Positions 1 through 10,772 of a stretch of 64,000 nucleotides of DNA are shown piece after piece. This DNA comes from Candidatus Poribacteria bacterium. Its GTDB lineage: Bacteria; Poribacteria; WGA-4E; JAJDTR01. The position numbers and the translations under genes were made by a program. The stretch lies in contig CBDCTK010000002.1 in assembly GCA_965222225.1 (NCBI GenBank), positions 1,184,001 through 1,248,000 on the forward strand, read 5' to 3'. Below the pieces are notes generated by a model that was not told the DNA's origin, ran no database searches, and saw only the letters and a program-made list of their open reading frames with translations. Every line of letters begins with the position of its first letter. Position 1 is the first letter of the stretch.

Positions 1-148
1 AAACGTCATAATGGGCAGGCTGATTCCCGCAGGCAGTGGCGTGCCTAGTTTTCGAAAGATTGAAGTATATCCGGAATCCGGAGAATTGCCAAGCGCGGAT
101 GACGCGATACTACCTAGCGCGGACGAGGATGACCGAGCTGCAGATTAA
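1..148 (+). CDS. rpoC: RNA polymerase beta' subunit, C-terminal end (partial)
   Basis: Frame from base 2 reads NVIMGRLIPAGSG..., the conserved RpoC C-terminal motif; TAA at 146-148. Confidence 0.92.
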   Translation, partial: NVIMGRLIPAGSGVPSFRKIEVYPESGELPSADDAILPSADEDDRAAD

Positions 149-233
149 GATTTAAGTGCGGCGCGTTGTCGTTTTGGCAAGCACGTTTGGACCAATGTCC
201 CAACTCTCGCTAACTGTTCTCCGACTTTACTAT

Positions 234-1064
234 CTATGTTTGTTTCAGCAAATGGTTGACGGTCTCCCAAGAATCAGCGTGCAAAATGCGCTTATTCGTA
301 GCGCGTGTTTCCGAACAATTGACAACTCGACGAGTGGCTTCAGTAACACGCTTCATCGGGATTTGAAATCGATTTATTGTCCTTAAGCACGTCGTGTTTT
401 CGCCTACGAGTAGGCCTACGTCGGCTTCGAGTATCGCGCGTAGATCTGATACTGAATCGCCGACGTAGCCAGTTAGTCCGGTCTTCGATCGTCGAGATTT
501 GAAGTATGTCCACTTGTTGCGAGCGGAGGCAACTCGCAACTCAATTTCGCCAGTGGAGTATCCTCGTTCATCAAATAGCAAGCGGTTTGCCACCACCGCA
601 TCACAGAACCCTTTCACCGCTTCCTCAACAAAAATCTGCGACCAATTGGCGGACAGTATCTCAACAGTAACTCCCGCAGAACGCATCTCTGATAGACATG
701 TTTTCGCGCCTTCTCGTTTCTGAACCTGCCTTCCCGCTTTTCGCAACTGCTCTTGTCTTAGCCCCGCTAAGAATCTTTTCTTCATGACCCTGGCGATTGA
801 AGCCATTTCCAGAGACTCAATTTCGCTTAGGAAGTCGGCAACGGTTCCTTGATAATACTCACGAGGGACGTTTAGCCATTTATTGCATCTATGGGAATAA
901 CGGGTTCTATACCCTTCGACCGTCTGTTTCCATTCTTCTATAGTTGGTAATTCATTGACAGCGCGATTTTGCATCGCAGCATTAACCAACGTCTGGATTG
1001 TGTCCTTCTGCGAGATGGTTTCATCAAAGTCAGAGATGAGTTTATCAACGCGGTAGATTGGCAT
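234..1064 (-). CDS. HAD-superfamily hydrolase/phosphatase
   Basis: Motif I DFDET, motif II ILSANWS, motif IV YVGDSVSDL..ILEADVG. Confidence 0.8.
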   Translation of the reverse strand: MPIYRVDKLISDFDETISQKDTIQTLVNAAMQNRAVNELPTIEEWKQTVEGYRTRYSHRCNKWLNVPREYYQGTVADFLSEIESLEMASIARVMKKRFLAGLRQEQLRKAGRQVQKREGAKTCLSEMRSAGVTVEILSANWSQIFVEEAVKGFCDAVVANRLLFDERGYSTGEIELRVASARNKWTYFKSRRSKTGLTGYVGDSVSDLRAILEADVGLLVGENTTCLRTINRFQIPMKRVTEATRRVVNCSETRATNKRILHADSWETVNHLLKQT

Positions 1065-1120
1065 AAGGAATGGCTAAAATGAGTAAGGAGCCTGAAGTCA
1101 ATGGACGAACTCTTAGCCCT

Positions 1121-2518
1121 TTAACCTACGTTCGGTCCAAGCATCTTTCCTGGGACAACAATTCGGTCGAATTCCGCTTCCGTTAGAAGTTCTAGTTCGA
1201 TCGCAGATTGGCGCAAGGTCTTTCCTTCACTGTGCGCCTTCTTGGCGACTCGAGCTGCGTTGTCATAACCGATATGGGGATTTAGTGCTGTTACCAACAT
1301 TAAGGATTCGCTCAGATACTGTTCGATTCGCTTCCGATTTGGTTCAATACCGACGATGCAGTTCTTGCGGAATGAACGACATGCATCTCCAAGGAGACGC
1401 ACGGATTGCAACGCATTGAGCGCAATAACCGGCATGAACACATTCAGTTCGAAGTTACCCGACGCTCCCGAAAATGCAATTGTTGTATCATTACCAATCA
1501 CTTGGGCACACACCATTAACATTGCCTCACACTGCGTCGGATTGACTTTCCCCGGCATGATTGAACTTCCGGGCTCGTTCTCAGGCAAGAAAAGCTCCCC
1601 AAGCCCGCAACGGGGACCACTACCCAACCAACGGATGTCATTGGCAATTTTGAAAAGCGAACTTGCTAATACCTTAAATGCGCCGCTGGCTTCAACAACT
1701 GCGTCGCGTGCGCCTAAGGCTTCAAACTTATTTGGCGCCGATACAAATCGAATTCCCGTGCGTTGACTTATCGCAGCAACAGCACGATTGGCGTATTCCG
1801 GATGGGCATTTAAGCCGGTTCCAACGGCTGTGCCACCAATAGGCAGCTCATGCAGGTGTGGCAATACCTGATCGATGGCTCGTAAGGCGTTGGTCAACTG
1901 CTGAGTATACCCGCCAAATTCTTGCCCCAAGGTCAGAGGAGTGGCGTCCATTAGATGTGTTCGCCCAATTTTCACAATATCGGAAAATGCTTCCGCTTTA
2001 TCGGAAAAGGCATCCCGTAGTGCTGTCACTTGTGGAACTAGGTGGTGACAAATCCGATCAACAATTGCCACATGAATAGCCGTTGGGAAGACATCATTAG
2101 TGGATTGAGATTTGTTAATGTGATCATTGGGGTGGATAGGTTCTTTGCTGCCCAGAACACCACCAAGCATTTCAACTGCTCGGTTTGCAATTACCTCATT
2201 TGTATTCATGTTGGTCTGCGTGCCGCTGCCGGTTTGCCAGACAACCAGTGGAAAATGGTCGTCCAATTCGCCATCTATCACTTCTTGAGCTGCCTGCAAA
2301 ATTACTTCCGCTTTATCCGGGTCAAGCAGCTCAAGGTCCGAATTGACTTGAGCAACCGACTGTTTCACAATCCCAAGCGCCCATAACATTTCACGCGGGA
2401 AGCGTTCTCTGCCGATTTCAAAGTTCTGCAACGACCTCTGTGTTTGCGCTCCCCAATACCGATTGACGGAAACCTCAATTTCGCCCATACTGTCTTTTTC
2501 GATTCTTGTTTTCATCAC
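1121..2518 (-). CDS. fumC: Class II fumarate hydratase
   Basis: [15 protein letters not shown] signature, [22 protein letters not shown]. Confidence 0.97.
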   Translation of the reverse strand: MMKTRIEKDSMGEIEVSVNRYWGAQTQRSLQNFEIGRERFPREMLWALGIVKQSVAQVNSDLELLDPDKAEVILQAAQEVIDGELDDHFPLVVWQTGSGTQTNMNTNEVIANRAVEMLGGVLGSKEPIHPNDHINKSQSTNDVFPTAIHVAIVDRICHHLVPQVTALRDAFSDKAEAFSDIVKIGRTHLMDATPLTLGQEFGGYTQQLTNALRAIDQVLPHLHELPIGGTAVGTGLNAHPEYANRAVAAISQRTGIRFVSAPNKFEALGARDAVVEASGAFKVLASSLFKIANDIRWLGSGPRCGLGELFLPENEPGSSIMPGKVNPTQCEAMLMVCAQVIGNDTTIAFSGASGNFELNVFMPVIALNALQSVRLLGDACRSFRKNCIVGIEPNRKRIEQYLSESLMLVTALNPHIGYDNAARVAKKAHSEGKTLRQSAIELELLTEAEFDRIVVPGKMLGPNVG

Positions 2519-2694
2519 TATTTTGCTCCGATTTATCCCTCAATGAAGTTAATAACTACGAAGTTAATAACTACCGCGTATTATAGCACTTCCGACTGCC
2601 GCCGCTCAACCGAATTTGGAGAGAATTTAGGTTGATAAAACCTCGTCCAGCATGATATATTCTTTGACTAAGAACCGTTACGTATCAAGGAGAA

Positions 2695-3750
2695 ATGGTC
2701 ATGAGTAACTTATCCTTGGCTAACCCTTACCTTACCAGGGACTTATCGCCCCCACCACCGCGGAGTTTTCGTGCCCGCCAATGGTGTGTGCGAGGGTATC
2801 AGCCAAGTTTGAGGCCTATTTCTCCTGATAGTGAACTCGGAGTACTCATTGGCCAGATGGGATGGGTGGGTAGCCATGCGCATGCCCACGGATATCTGTG
2901 GGGATCTGCGGGAAACTTGGGTGCTCTGCTTGATGAATCCATTGATCCCGATTGCCTACTGCCGTACATTGAATCACCGCGCTATGCGTTACCACGCGCA
3001 ATTTCCGTACCTGGTTTGGCCGGACGACGTGTGCTCTTAACCAAATCGGGAGCAAGACTGGACATGATTTCGCTGGAGCATCCAGCGCTGAATTTGGCGA
3101 TCGTCGAAGTAGAAGTCGACGGAATCCATTACCGCATGCGCTTCGGCACGCAGTCGGCGTCTCAGCTAAAAACGGAGCAACAAAACGCACCCAAACCTAC
3201 AAGCGAAATGTTCCACTACATGTTAGTCTTCGATCAGCTAGAATCATACGGATTCAAGGCTTTGGTTCATCTACAGCCGAAGTTCCTGAATCTCATCTCT
3301 CGGACCGAGCACGGACATCCATCACGCTTCTATGATTTTCTAAAAGGCTATGAGCCGGAAACTCCAATAATGTACGAAGACTGTGGAGGAATCGGATTCG
3401 TCCAGGAACGGGCTCCCGGAATCCCGGAACTATCCTACGAAAGCCTACGTCTCTTCAAAACGGAGGATTTGCCTTCTCAACCGGCTAACGCAATGCGTCA
3501 CATTCTTTACTGGGTTGGACATGGGACCTTCTCCAGAGGTGTTGATTTGTTGGATGCCTACAAGCATGGCGAATATTTCGAGGCGGCAGCACGCATGGCA
3601 TGGGAGGCGAACCAAGGAAAGATTGACGCACAGCCCTATAGCGATGAAATCGTGAATTGTATTCTACGCGAATTTCACGCCAACCAAAATCCAGCAAATT
3701 CGCTGGCGCCAGGAGAAGGAGAAGAACACGGTGTTTATAACTATCCATGA
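2695..3750 (+). CDS. Class II aldolase/adducin-like protein (RhaD-like, divergent)
   Basis: GSAGNLG, KPTSEM, ALVHLQP, WVGHGTFSRG motifs. Confidence 0.6.
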   Translation: MVMSNLSLANPYLTRDLSPPPPRSFRARQWCVRGYQPSLRPISPDSELGVLIGQMGWVGSHAHAHGYLWGSAGNLGALLDESIDPDCLLPYIESPRYALPRAISVPGLAGRRVLLTKSGARLDMISLEHPALNLAIVEVEVDGIHYRMRFGTQSASQLKTEQQNAPKPTSEMFHYMLVFDQLESYGFKALVHLQPKFLNLISRTEHGHPSRFYDFLKGYEPETPIMYEDCGGIGFVQERAPGIPELSYESLRLFKTEDLPSQPANAMRHILYWVGHGTFSRGVDLLDAYKHGEYFEAAARMAWEANQGKIDAQPYSDEIVNCILREFHANQNPANSLAPGEGEEHGVYNYP

Positions 3751-3835
3751 TTGGGTTACGAAGTAAACACCGAGCCAATTACATTGTAGATTCAGTCTGC
3801 CAACGTCTAGAGTTCTTAGCGTCAATCACAATAAC

Positions 3836-4669
3836 ATGGATAGAACACACGACGACCCGTTCTTCTCAATTGCACAATGCAACGATGCGGAGATTGACCT
3901 TGGCTTAGGTGCACTCCTAATCGCCAAAGACGCCTATCCAGAGCTCGACACGAGTACCTACATGGAACAGTTGAATCGAATGGCACAGGAAGTAAAGGAA
4001 CAGATTGGCGAAACTACTGAGCCGAGTAGGCAAATCGCACAGTTAAATCACTACCTGTTTGAAGAGAAAGAATTTAAAGGCAATCAAGGCGACTATTACA
4101 ACCCACGAAATAGCTATCTTAACGATGTGCTTGAGCGAAAACTCGGTATCCCGATTACCCTCTCAGTTGTGTACATCGAAACGAGCCAGCGAATCGGATT
4201 GCCAATCGCCGGCGTTGGTTTCCCGGGACATTTTATCGTCAAACATCAAGGGGATCATCTTGAAACATATATTGACCCGTTCCACGACGGACGAATTCTG
4301 TCTGATGATACATTGCGAGAACAATTGGAAACAGTTTTCCAACAGCCCACCCCGCTACAACCGGAATTTTTGAGGCAAGTCGGTAATAGGGAGATTTTGG
4401 CGAGAATCCTGCGTAATCTCAAACAAATTTACTTCAAGGATAAAGCATATGCTCGTGCAATCTCGGCTAGTGAGCGAATTACTTGGCTCCTTCCAGATTT
4501 CGCGCAAGAACATCAAGATCTTGGCTATCTCTATTATAAAACTCATGCTTACGGCAAGTCGCTAAAATCTTTTCAGGAGTATCTGCGGATTTCAGGCAAT
4601 GCTCCTGATCGAGAGGAAATTGAGGAAAACATGGGATTATTGAGAAAACAAGTGGCAAGGTTGAATTAG
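3836..4669 (+). CDS. SirB1/transglutaminase-like protein with C-terminal TPR
   Basis: YYNPRNSYLNDVLERKLGIPITL, GFPGHF, YIDPF, ILARILRNLK. Confidence 0.9.
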   Translation: MDRTHDDPFFSIAQCNDAEIDLGLGALLIAKDAYPELDTSTYMEQLNRMAQEVKEQIGETTEPSRQIAQLNHYLFEEKEFKGNQGDYYNPRNSYLNDVLERKLGIPITLSVVYIETSQRIGLPIAGVGFPGHFIVKHQGDHLETYIDPFHDGRILSDDTLREQLETVFQQPTPLQPEFLRQVGNREILARILRNLKQIYFKDKAYARAISASERITWLLPDFAQEHQDLGYLYYKTHAYGKSLKSFQEYLRISGNAPDREEIEENMGLLRKQVARLN

Positions 4670-4907
4670 AATACAGCCGAAGAACCCGTATGATTGAATC
4701 GTTTCTTCAATGTAATATAATGTACAGAATGATGCCGCATGCGGAAACGGAAAAAGTGTTGCTTTTCTAATCCCCGATGTGTTAACTTAGGGCTTTCTGA
4801 GTCTTGTGAGAATTGACCATTGCACGCCGTGTTCGCAATGATAAATAAAATTCTGTATTAGCCTATATCTGCGAAGACATAAGGATAATTTGGAGGAATA
4901 ACTGTTT

Positions 4908-5705
4908 ATGACGCATCCCGAATTAACGTTGGCAGATCGCCGGTTTGGCCAGACGACACGCCGAGATGCTTGGTGGCTACAGCCTTTAGTCGTGTTGATC
5001 GGATTGACTACGTTTGGAATTTATTCTGCCTGGGCAGCTTTTCAGAACGTCCATTATACGTTCGGACCGTATCTATCTCCATTTTATTCGCCGGAGTTCT
5101 TTGGGAGTTCAGAACACAGTTGGTTCGGGGACAAGCCGGGTTGGTGGCCGCTTTGGCTGCCGTTCTCACCTGCGTTTCTCATTCTGTGGGCGCCTCTTGG
5201 TTTCCGCCTGACGTGCTATTACTACCGTGGCGCCTATTACAAGGCATTTTGGGCGGACCCACCCTCATGTACCATTGGCGAACCTCGAAAGGGGTATCGT
5301 GGCGAACATTCATTCCCGCTAATAATCCAGAATGTGCATCGTTATTTTCTTTATTTCGCCTTACTCTTCTTAATCTTTCTTTCCCATGATGCGTGGAAGG
5401 GCTTATGGTTCAAAGACGAGAGTGGTACGACATTCGGGGTTGGTATCGGTTCTCTCGTACTCGTCGGTAACGTATTCTTTCTCGGCGGATACACACTTGG
5501 CTGTCACTCGCTTCGCCACCTCGTAGGTGGTTTTCTCGATCGACTTTCGAGCGCACCGGTGCGCCTGTCCACCTACAATTGCGTCAGTTGCCTGAATCGT
5601 CGACACATGTTGTGGGCATGGATGAGCCTCAGCTGGGTGGGATTTTCGGACATCTATGTTCGATTGTGCTCTATGGGAATCTTGACTGACTGGAGAATTT
5701 TGTAA
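4908..5705 (+). CDS. Succinate dehydrogenase membrane anchor (mycobacterial Sdh1/Rv0249c-like)
   Basis: Multi-TM protein with RLTCYYYR and GCHSLRH motifs; TAATG overlap with sdhA. Confidence 0.85.
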   Translation: MTHPELTLADRRFGQTTRRDAWWLQPLVVLIGLTTFGIYSAWAAFQNVHYTFGPYLSPFYSPEFFGSSEHSWFGDKPGWWPLWLPFSPAFLILWAPLGFRLTCYYYRGAYYKAFWADPPSCTIGEPRKGYRGEHSFPLIIQNVHRYFLYFALLFLIFLSHDAWKGLWFKDESGTTFGVGIGSLVLVGNVFFLGGYTLGCHSLRHLVGGFLDRLSSAPVRLSTYNCVSCLNRRHMLWAWMSLSWVGFSDIYVRLCSMGILTDWRIL

Positions 5706-7528
5706 TGAGCCAATACGAAACACACACGTATGATGTTTTGGTGATTGGTGCCGGTGGCGCAGGGCTACGTGCTGCAATTGAAGTCTCTGCGGCAGGAGTA
5801 TCCGTGGGATTGGTGTGCAAGTCTCTATTGGGTAAGGCACATACCGTGATGGCTGAGGGCGGCGTCGCTGCGGCGTTGGCTAATGTCGATGAGAGGGATA
5901 GTTGGAAAGTTCACTTTGCAGACACCATGCGGGGTGGACAGTATCTCAACAATTGGCGTATGGCTGAAATTCACGCTAAGGAGGCACCGGATCGGGTTCG
6001 TGAATTGGAAGCTTGGGGAGCGCTTTTCGATCGGACTGCCGATGGTCGCATTCTCCAACGCAATTTCGGTGGACATCAATATCCGAGACTCGCCCACGTC
6101 GGGGACCGGACGGGATTGGAGATGATTCGAGTATTACAAGATCACGGCGTTCACCAAGGGGTCGATGTGCACATGGAATGTACGGTCGTTTCCATTCATA
6201 AAGACGGCGATCGCATTGCAGGGGCGTTTGGTTACGAGCGAGAGAAGGGACGATTCAAAGTGTTTCGTGCGAAAGCAATCGTACTCGCGACCGGTGGTGT
6301 GGGCAAAGCCTACAAGATTACGAGCAATAGTTGGGAATATACCGGCGACGGTCATTCGCTTGCCTACCATACGGGTGCCGAACTTATCGACATGGAGTTT
6401 GTTCAGTTTCATCCGACCGGCATGGTATGGCCTCCGAGTGTACGTGGAATACTGGTTACAGAAGGAGTACGCGGAGAAGGGGGCGTTCTGAAAAACAAGT
6501 TGGGAGAACGGTTTATGTTCAACCATATTCCCGAACTCTATGTCAACCAGACATCTGACGATCCCGAGGAAGGCTGGCGATACACGCAAGGCGATCGAAA
6601 TGCCCGAAGACCTCCTGAACTTCTCACCCGCGATCATGTGGCGAGATGCATTGTTGGTGAAGTTCAAGAAGGACGCGGTAGCCCGCACGGCGGTGTTTTT
6701 CTTGATATTGCATGGATTAAGGAGAAGTTACCAAATGCTGAAGACCACATTAAGCGAAAATTGCCGAGTATGTACCATCAATTCATGCAATTAGCCGATC
6801 TTGATATCACGAAAGAACCAATGGAAGTTGGGCCTACAACTCATTACATCATGGGCGGTATACGAGTCGACGGAGATTCGCAGATGACATGCGTGCCGGG
6901 GCTCTTTGCCAGCGGCGAATGCGGCGCCGGTTTACACGGAGCCAATCGACTTGGAGGAAACTCGCTCTCCGATCTCCTAGTTCTAGGTAAACGCGCCGGG
7001 GAGTATGCGGCAAAGTTTGCTAGAGAAAACGGTGAAGGCACGGTCGACGACACGGAAATCGAATCAGCGGCAAGTTGGGCATTACGGCTTTTCAATAATG
7101 ACGCTGGTTCCAATGGCGAAAACCCGTACCAAATTCAGTACAACCTCCAAGATTTGATGCAGGAACTTGTGGGCATCGCTCGGAGCGAGGAGGGCCTAAA
7201 CAGGGCAGAAGTTGAGATTCAGAAATTAAAAGAGCAGGCGGAGCAGATAAGCATTGGAGGGAATCGAGAGTACAATCCCGGATGGCATACAGCACTTGAT
7301 TTGCATAGTCTGATGACCGTGTCTGAAGCTATTGCTCTTGCGGCTTTAGAACGAAAAGCAAGCATCGGTGCACATTCACGCGACGACCATCCCGAGAAAG
7401 AGGAACCAGGCGCGGGAAAATACAACACGGTCGTGCGAAAAAGTGAAGATGGCACTATGCAGGTCAGACGCGAACAGATTCCACCAATTCGCGATGATCT
7501 TGAGGAGATAATAGAGGAGATGGGTTAA
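5705..7528 (+). CDS. sdhA: Succinate dehydrogenase/fumarate reductase flavoprotein subunit
   Basis: GAGGAGLRAA, AHTVMAEGG, QFHPTG, HYIMGG, LHGANRLGGNSL. Confidence 0.96.
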   Translation: MSQYETHTYDVLVIGAGGAGLRAAIEVSAAGVSVGLVCKSLLGKAHTVMAEGGVAAALANVDERDSWKVHFADTMRGGQYLNNWRMAEIHAKEAPDRVRELEAWGALFDRTADGRILQRNFGGHQYPRLAHVGDRTGLEMIRVLQDHGVHQGVDVHMECTVVSIHKDGDRIAGAFGYEREKGRFKVFRAKAIVLATGGVGKAYKITSNSWEYTGDGHSLAYHTGAELIDMEFVQFHPTGMVWPPSVRGILVTEGVRGEGGVLKNKLGERFMFNHIPELYVNQTSDDPEEGWRYTQGDRNARRPPELLTRDHVARCIVGEVQEGRGSPHGGVFLDIAWIKEKLPNAEDHIKRKLPSMYHQFMQLADLDITKEPMEVGPTTHYIMGGIRVDGDSQMTCVPGLFASGECGAGLHGANRLGGNSLSDLLVLGKRAGEYAAKFARENGEGTVDDTEIESAASWALRLFNNDAGSNGENPYQIQYNLQDLMQELVGIARSEEGLNRAEVEIQKLKEQAEQISIGGNREYNPGWHTALDLHSLMTVSEAIALAALERKASIGAHSRDDHPEKEEPGAGKYNTVVRKSEDGTMQVRREQIPPIRDDLEEIIEEMG

Positions 7529-8274
7529 TGGCAACAGCAACGTTTAAGATTTGGCGGGGTGACGCTAACAAGGCGGGGTTCGTCGATTATGAAAGCGAGG
7601 TCTCCGAAGGGATGGTAGTGCTTGATGCGGTTCATCAGATCCAGGCACAGCAGGCAAATGATCTCGCCGTACGTTGGAACTGCAAGGCCGGAAAATGCGG
7701 ATCCTGTTCTGCCGAAGTCAATGGCCATCCAAAATTGATGTGCATGACTCGATTGAACGATCTTCCGCTAGACCAACCAATTACCATTGAGCCCATGCGC
7801 GCTTTTCCGCTGATTAAAGACTTGGTCACGGACGTTTCATGGAATTTTGAAGTTAAAAAGAAAATAAAAACATTCAACCCGCGCTCGCCTGACGCCGAAG
7901 ACGGTACTTGGCGAATGGCGCAGGAAGATATAGACAGAGTACAAGAATTCCGTAAATGTATTGAGTGTTTTCTGTGTCAGGATGTGTGCCATGTACTCCG
8001 CGATCATCACCTCCACAAGGAGTTCATCGGACCTCGATATTTTGTTCACATTGCAGCCTTGGAAATGCACCCACTCGACACCGAGAATCGCCTTGAAGAC
8101 CTGAAGAGTGCGGATGGAATCGGCTATTGCAACATTACGAAATGCTGCACGAAGGTCTGCCCGGAAAACATTACAATTACGGATAACGCGATTATTCCTC
8201 TCAAGGAACGCGTAGTAGATCAGTTTTACGATCCGCTAAAAAAACTTTTCCGGATTTTTCGTCCTCGAACCTGA
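7528..8274 (+). CDS. sdhB: Succinate dehydrogenase/fumarate reductase iron-sulfur subunit
   Basis: CKAGKCGSC, CIECFLCQDVC, CNITKCCTKVCP clusters; TAATG overlap. Confidence 0.95.
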   Translation: MATATFKIWRGDANKAGFVDYESEVSEGMVVLDAVHQIQAQQANDLAVRWNCKAGKCGSCSAEVNGHPKLMCMTRLNDLPLDQPITIEPMRAFPLIKDLVTDVSWNFEVKKKIKTFNPRSPDAEDGTWRMAQEDIDRVQEFRKCIECFLCQDVCHVLRDHHLHKEFIGPRYFVHIAALEMHPLDTENRLEDLKSADGIGYCNITKCCTKVCPENITITDNAIIPLKERVVDQFYDPLKKLFRIFRPRT

Positions 8275-8518
8275 GTTTGTTGCCAACCGAGCGTCAATGG
8301 CTAACGTTAGGCTAGGGTTAGACTCCAAAAGGCATTAAACTCACCGACTGTAGCTTTTCGTTAGGCGTTTAACCCGTTCGTCAATCCACCCGCTCTTTCT
8401 GCCCCGCGTTATGGTGATAACCAACGTTGTTTGAAATCTTTATAATAGACCTCGACGCCAATTCGGATGAACATAAGTCAGGATAAAGTGTATTTATAGG
8501 ACAAAGGAGGAGACAGAC

Positions 8519-10687
8519 ATGAAATTTGCGAAACGCTGTAGTTTAATTCTAAGCTGCTTAGTCATCGTATCGCACGCCGCCTGCTTGTCGGGAGGTGTAT
8601 CGAACAAAACCGACAAATTGATCGAAGCGAAGGATTACCACGGAGCAATTGAAGTCTATCAAACCGTTGCCGATACAAAACCCGGAACATCCGAAGCCCG
8701 TGAGGCCCAACTTGAGATGGCTACGCTTTACATCAAAAAGTTGAATAAACCGGATCAAGGAGTGAAATTGTATCAGGAGGTCATCTCATCCGCGCCAGAC
8801 AGTCAAGAAGCTGCAAACGCCCATTATGAATTGGGCATGCATTATTTTCGATCTAAGGAATATGAATCTGCGCAAGAACAGTTTGATACGGTTGTGAATA
8901 GCTTCTCCGAATTAGAACTTAGCAACAACGCCCAACTCATGCTTGCCAAGAGTTTCGAAGAGGCCAAGGACTATAAGCAGGCAGCAGAAATTTATGACAA
9001 TTTCGCAAATCGACATCCTACGAGCAACCGCGCAGCTCTGGCACTTGTCAATAAAGCTCGAATTCAGAAAAATTACCTTCAGAACCAACCCGAAGCCAAA
9101 CGCACGTATCAGTCAATTGTAAAGAGGTACGGTAGAATTGAAGGAGCGGAAGATCAAATCAGCGAAGCAAAAAAGGTGCTGACCGAGATTGGCGCGAGTA
9201 TCCCCAAACCTGACGACCCCTTGGCAACACAAATGGGGCGTTCCGTAGAGCGACAAAACACCCGTCGCGAAATGGATCGCCCGCGTGGGGGCGTTGAGAG
9301 AAGCCGCGCAATGGGCACTACCGCCCAAATGCCGGATTCCGGCTTCGGCATTAGTGCACAAGAGGTCATGAGAAATTTTGGTGCTCAGCGCGGCGTACAA
9401 GGTGATGAAGATGGTACTTACTACGACGCAGAACTTATGATTGCGGAGTTTCTTTATGGTGATGAATATTATCGTGATGCGGGGTCGATTTTATTCGACG
9501 CCATCTATCGGGCGAAAGCCGAAAATGCTAAAATTGATCCGTACTCCTATGTGCGCCTGTCAGTCTGCTATCGCAAATTGGGCATGCACAAACGAGCTCG
9601 AGAAATGCTCAAAGAGGCGGTAAAAAGGGACCGCCGCGTTCTTGATGCAGTCATCACTACGGGACAGAATCATTACAGTGATGCAAAGATTATGGATTCA
9701 GAGGACGATAAGCAAGCCGCATGTGAAAAAGCAATAGCAATCTATAACTCCGTACTAGGTTTCAATCAAAGCAAGGATGCCGAAATCTATTTTCGGCTTG
9801 GTCTAGTGTATCAAAAAATGGGGAACCTAGACATGGAGCGAGAATCCTTTGAGCGTGCTGTTGCTGTCAAACCAGACTTCATGGACGCGCTTGAATGGCT
9901 GCCGGATGTTTACAAACGAATGAAAAACCGGTCACGGGCAACAACCTTTCAGAACATCGTTGTGGGCAAGGGCGATCTCTATGTGAATAAAATAGCGATT
10001 GCTGACCTCTGCTATGTCCACGAAAATTATAGAACGGCTAAATCAAACTATTCTGCAGCATTGCGAAACGCCGAACGGGGCGGCAAAGTCGACATTAATA
10101 TGGACTCTGTAGAACGCCTGGCACATTTGCCCGGGATTGGCTCTACTTTGGCAAATGCCATTATTGCCGGTCGACCGTATGAAAGAGTTGATGATTTGCT
10201 TCGTGTTGAGGGAATTAATGAGCGAAGGCTAGGACCTCTTCGAGATAGAATAGCGGTGCAAAGGGGCGTAGCACGGGAAGAAAAGCGCCAGCGGGAAAAC
10301 AGAATCGTTCATTCGACGATTCGTACAGCGATGGCAGCTCATAAACTGGAACAAGTAGATCGAGCACGGGAACTAATGGATGAATTGGCAGTAAGATATC
10401 CTGAACACCCTCTTCTCCCCTACGGACAGGGGGAAATCGCTTTGATTGAGGGTGATGCAGACAAAGCCATTGAATCCTTCAAGAAAGCAATTGAGAAAGC
10501 CCCGCACTCCGACTTTGCGCCAGTGGCTCTCGGCGAGTATTATCTCTCGCAAGGTTACGATGATGAGGCACTAGCGGTTTGGGAGACATTTATTGAAGGA
10601 AACAGACACAATAGAAACATTATTGAGCGACTCAAGAAGCTAAAATCCAGAATTAACGATACAAGCTCAAGGCCGGAACTGGAATAA
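8519..10687 (+). CDS. Exported TPR protein (possible lipoprotein) with inserted ComEA-like helix-hairpin-helix domain
   Basis: AAGGAGGAG RBS, signal peptide with Cys, many TPRs, KVDIN..S.E.L..LPGIG..LA..II..RPY..VDDLLRVEGI. Confidence 0.85.
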   Translation: MKFAKRCSLILSCLVIVSHAACLSGGVSNKTDKLIEAKDYHGAIEVYQTVADTKPGTSEAREAQLEMATLYIKKLNKPDQGVKLYQEVISSAPDSQEAANAHYELGMHYFRSKEYESAQEQFDTVVNSFSELELSNNAQLMLAKSFEEAKDYKQAAEIYDNFANRHPTSNRAALALVNKARIQKNYLQNQPEAKRTYQSIVKRYGRIEGAEDQISEAKKVLTEIGASIPKPDDPLATQMGRSVERQNTRREMDRPRGGVERSRAMGTTAQMPDSGFGISAQEVMRNFGAQRGVQGDEDGTYYDAELMIAEFLYGDEYYRDAGSILFDAIYRAKAENAKIDPYSYVRLSVCYRKLGMHKRAREMLKEAVKRDRRVLDAVITTGQNHYSDAKIMDSEDDKQAACEKAIAIYNSVLGFNQSKDAEIYFRLGLVYQKMGNLDMERESFERAVAVKPDFMDALEWLPDVYKRMKNRSRATTFQNIVVGKGDLYVNKIAIADLCYVHENYRTAKSNYSAALRNAERGGKVDINMDSVERLAHLPGIGSTLANAIIAGRPYERVDDLLRVEGINERRLGPLRDRIAVQRGVAREEKRQRENRIVHSTIRTAMAAHKLEQVDRARELMDELAVRYPEHPLLPYGQGEIALIEGDADKAIESFKKAIEKAPHSDFAPVALGEYYLSQGYDDEALAVWETFIEGNRHNRNIIERLKKLKSRINDTSSRPELE

Positions 10688-10772
10688 TTCGGAGAATGGC
10701 TTGACGCTACGAGTAGGAAATCTATCCCTCTTGGCAAAACGAACGAATTTGCACCGGAAAGAGGCTGGACTA

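Noticed and set aside
2545-2574. 15-bp tandem duplication GAAGTTAATAACTAC upstream of fumC
   Set aside because: Only two copies; could be slippage or an operator, with no supporting evidence.
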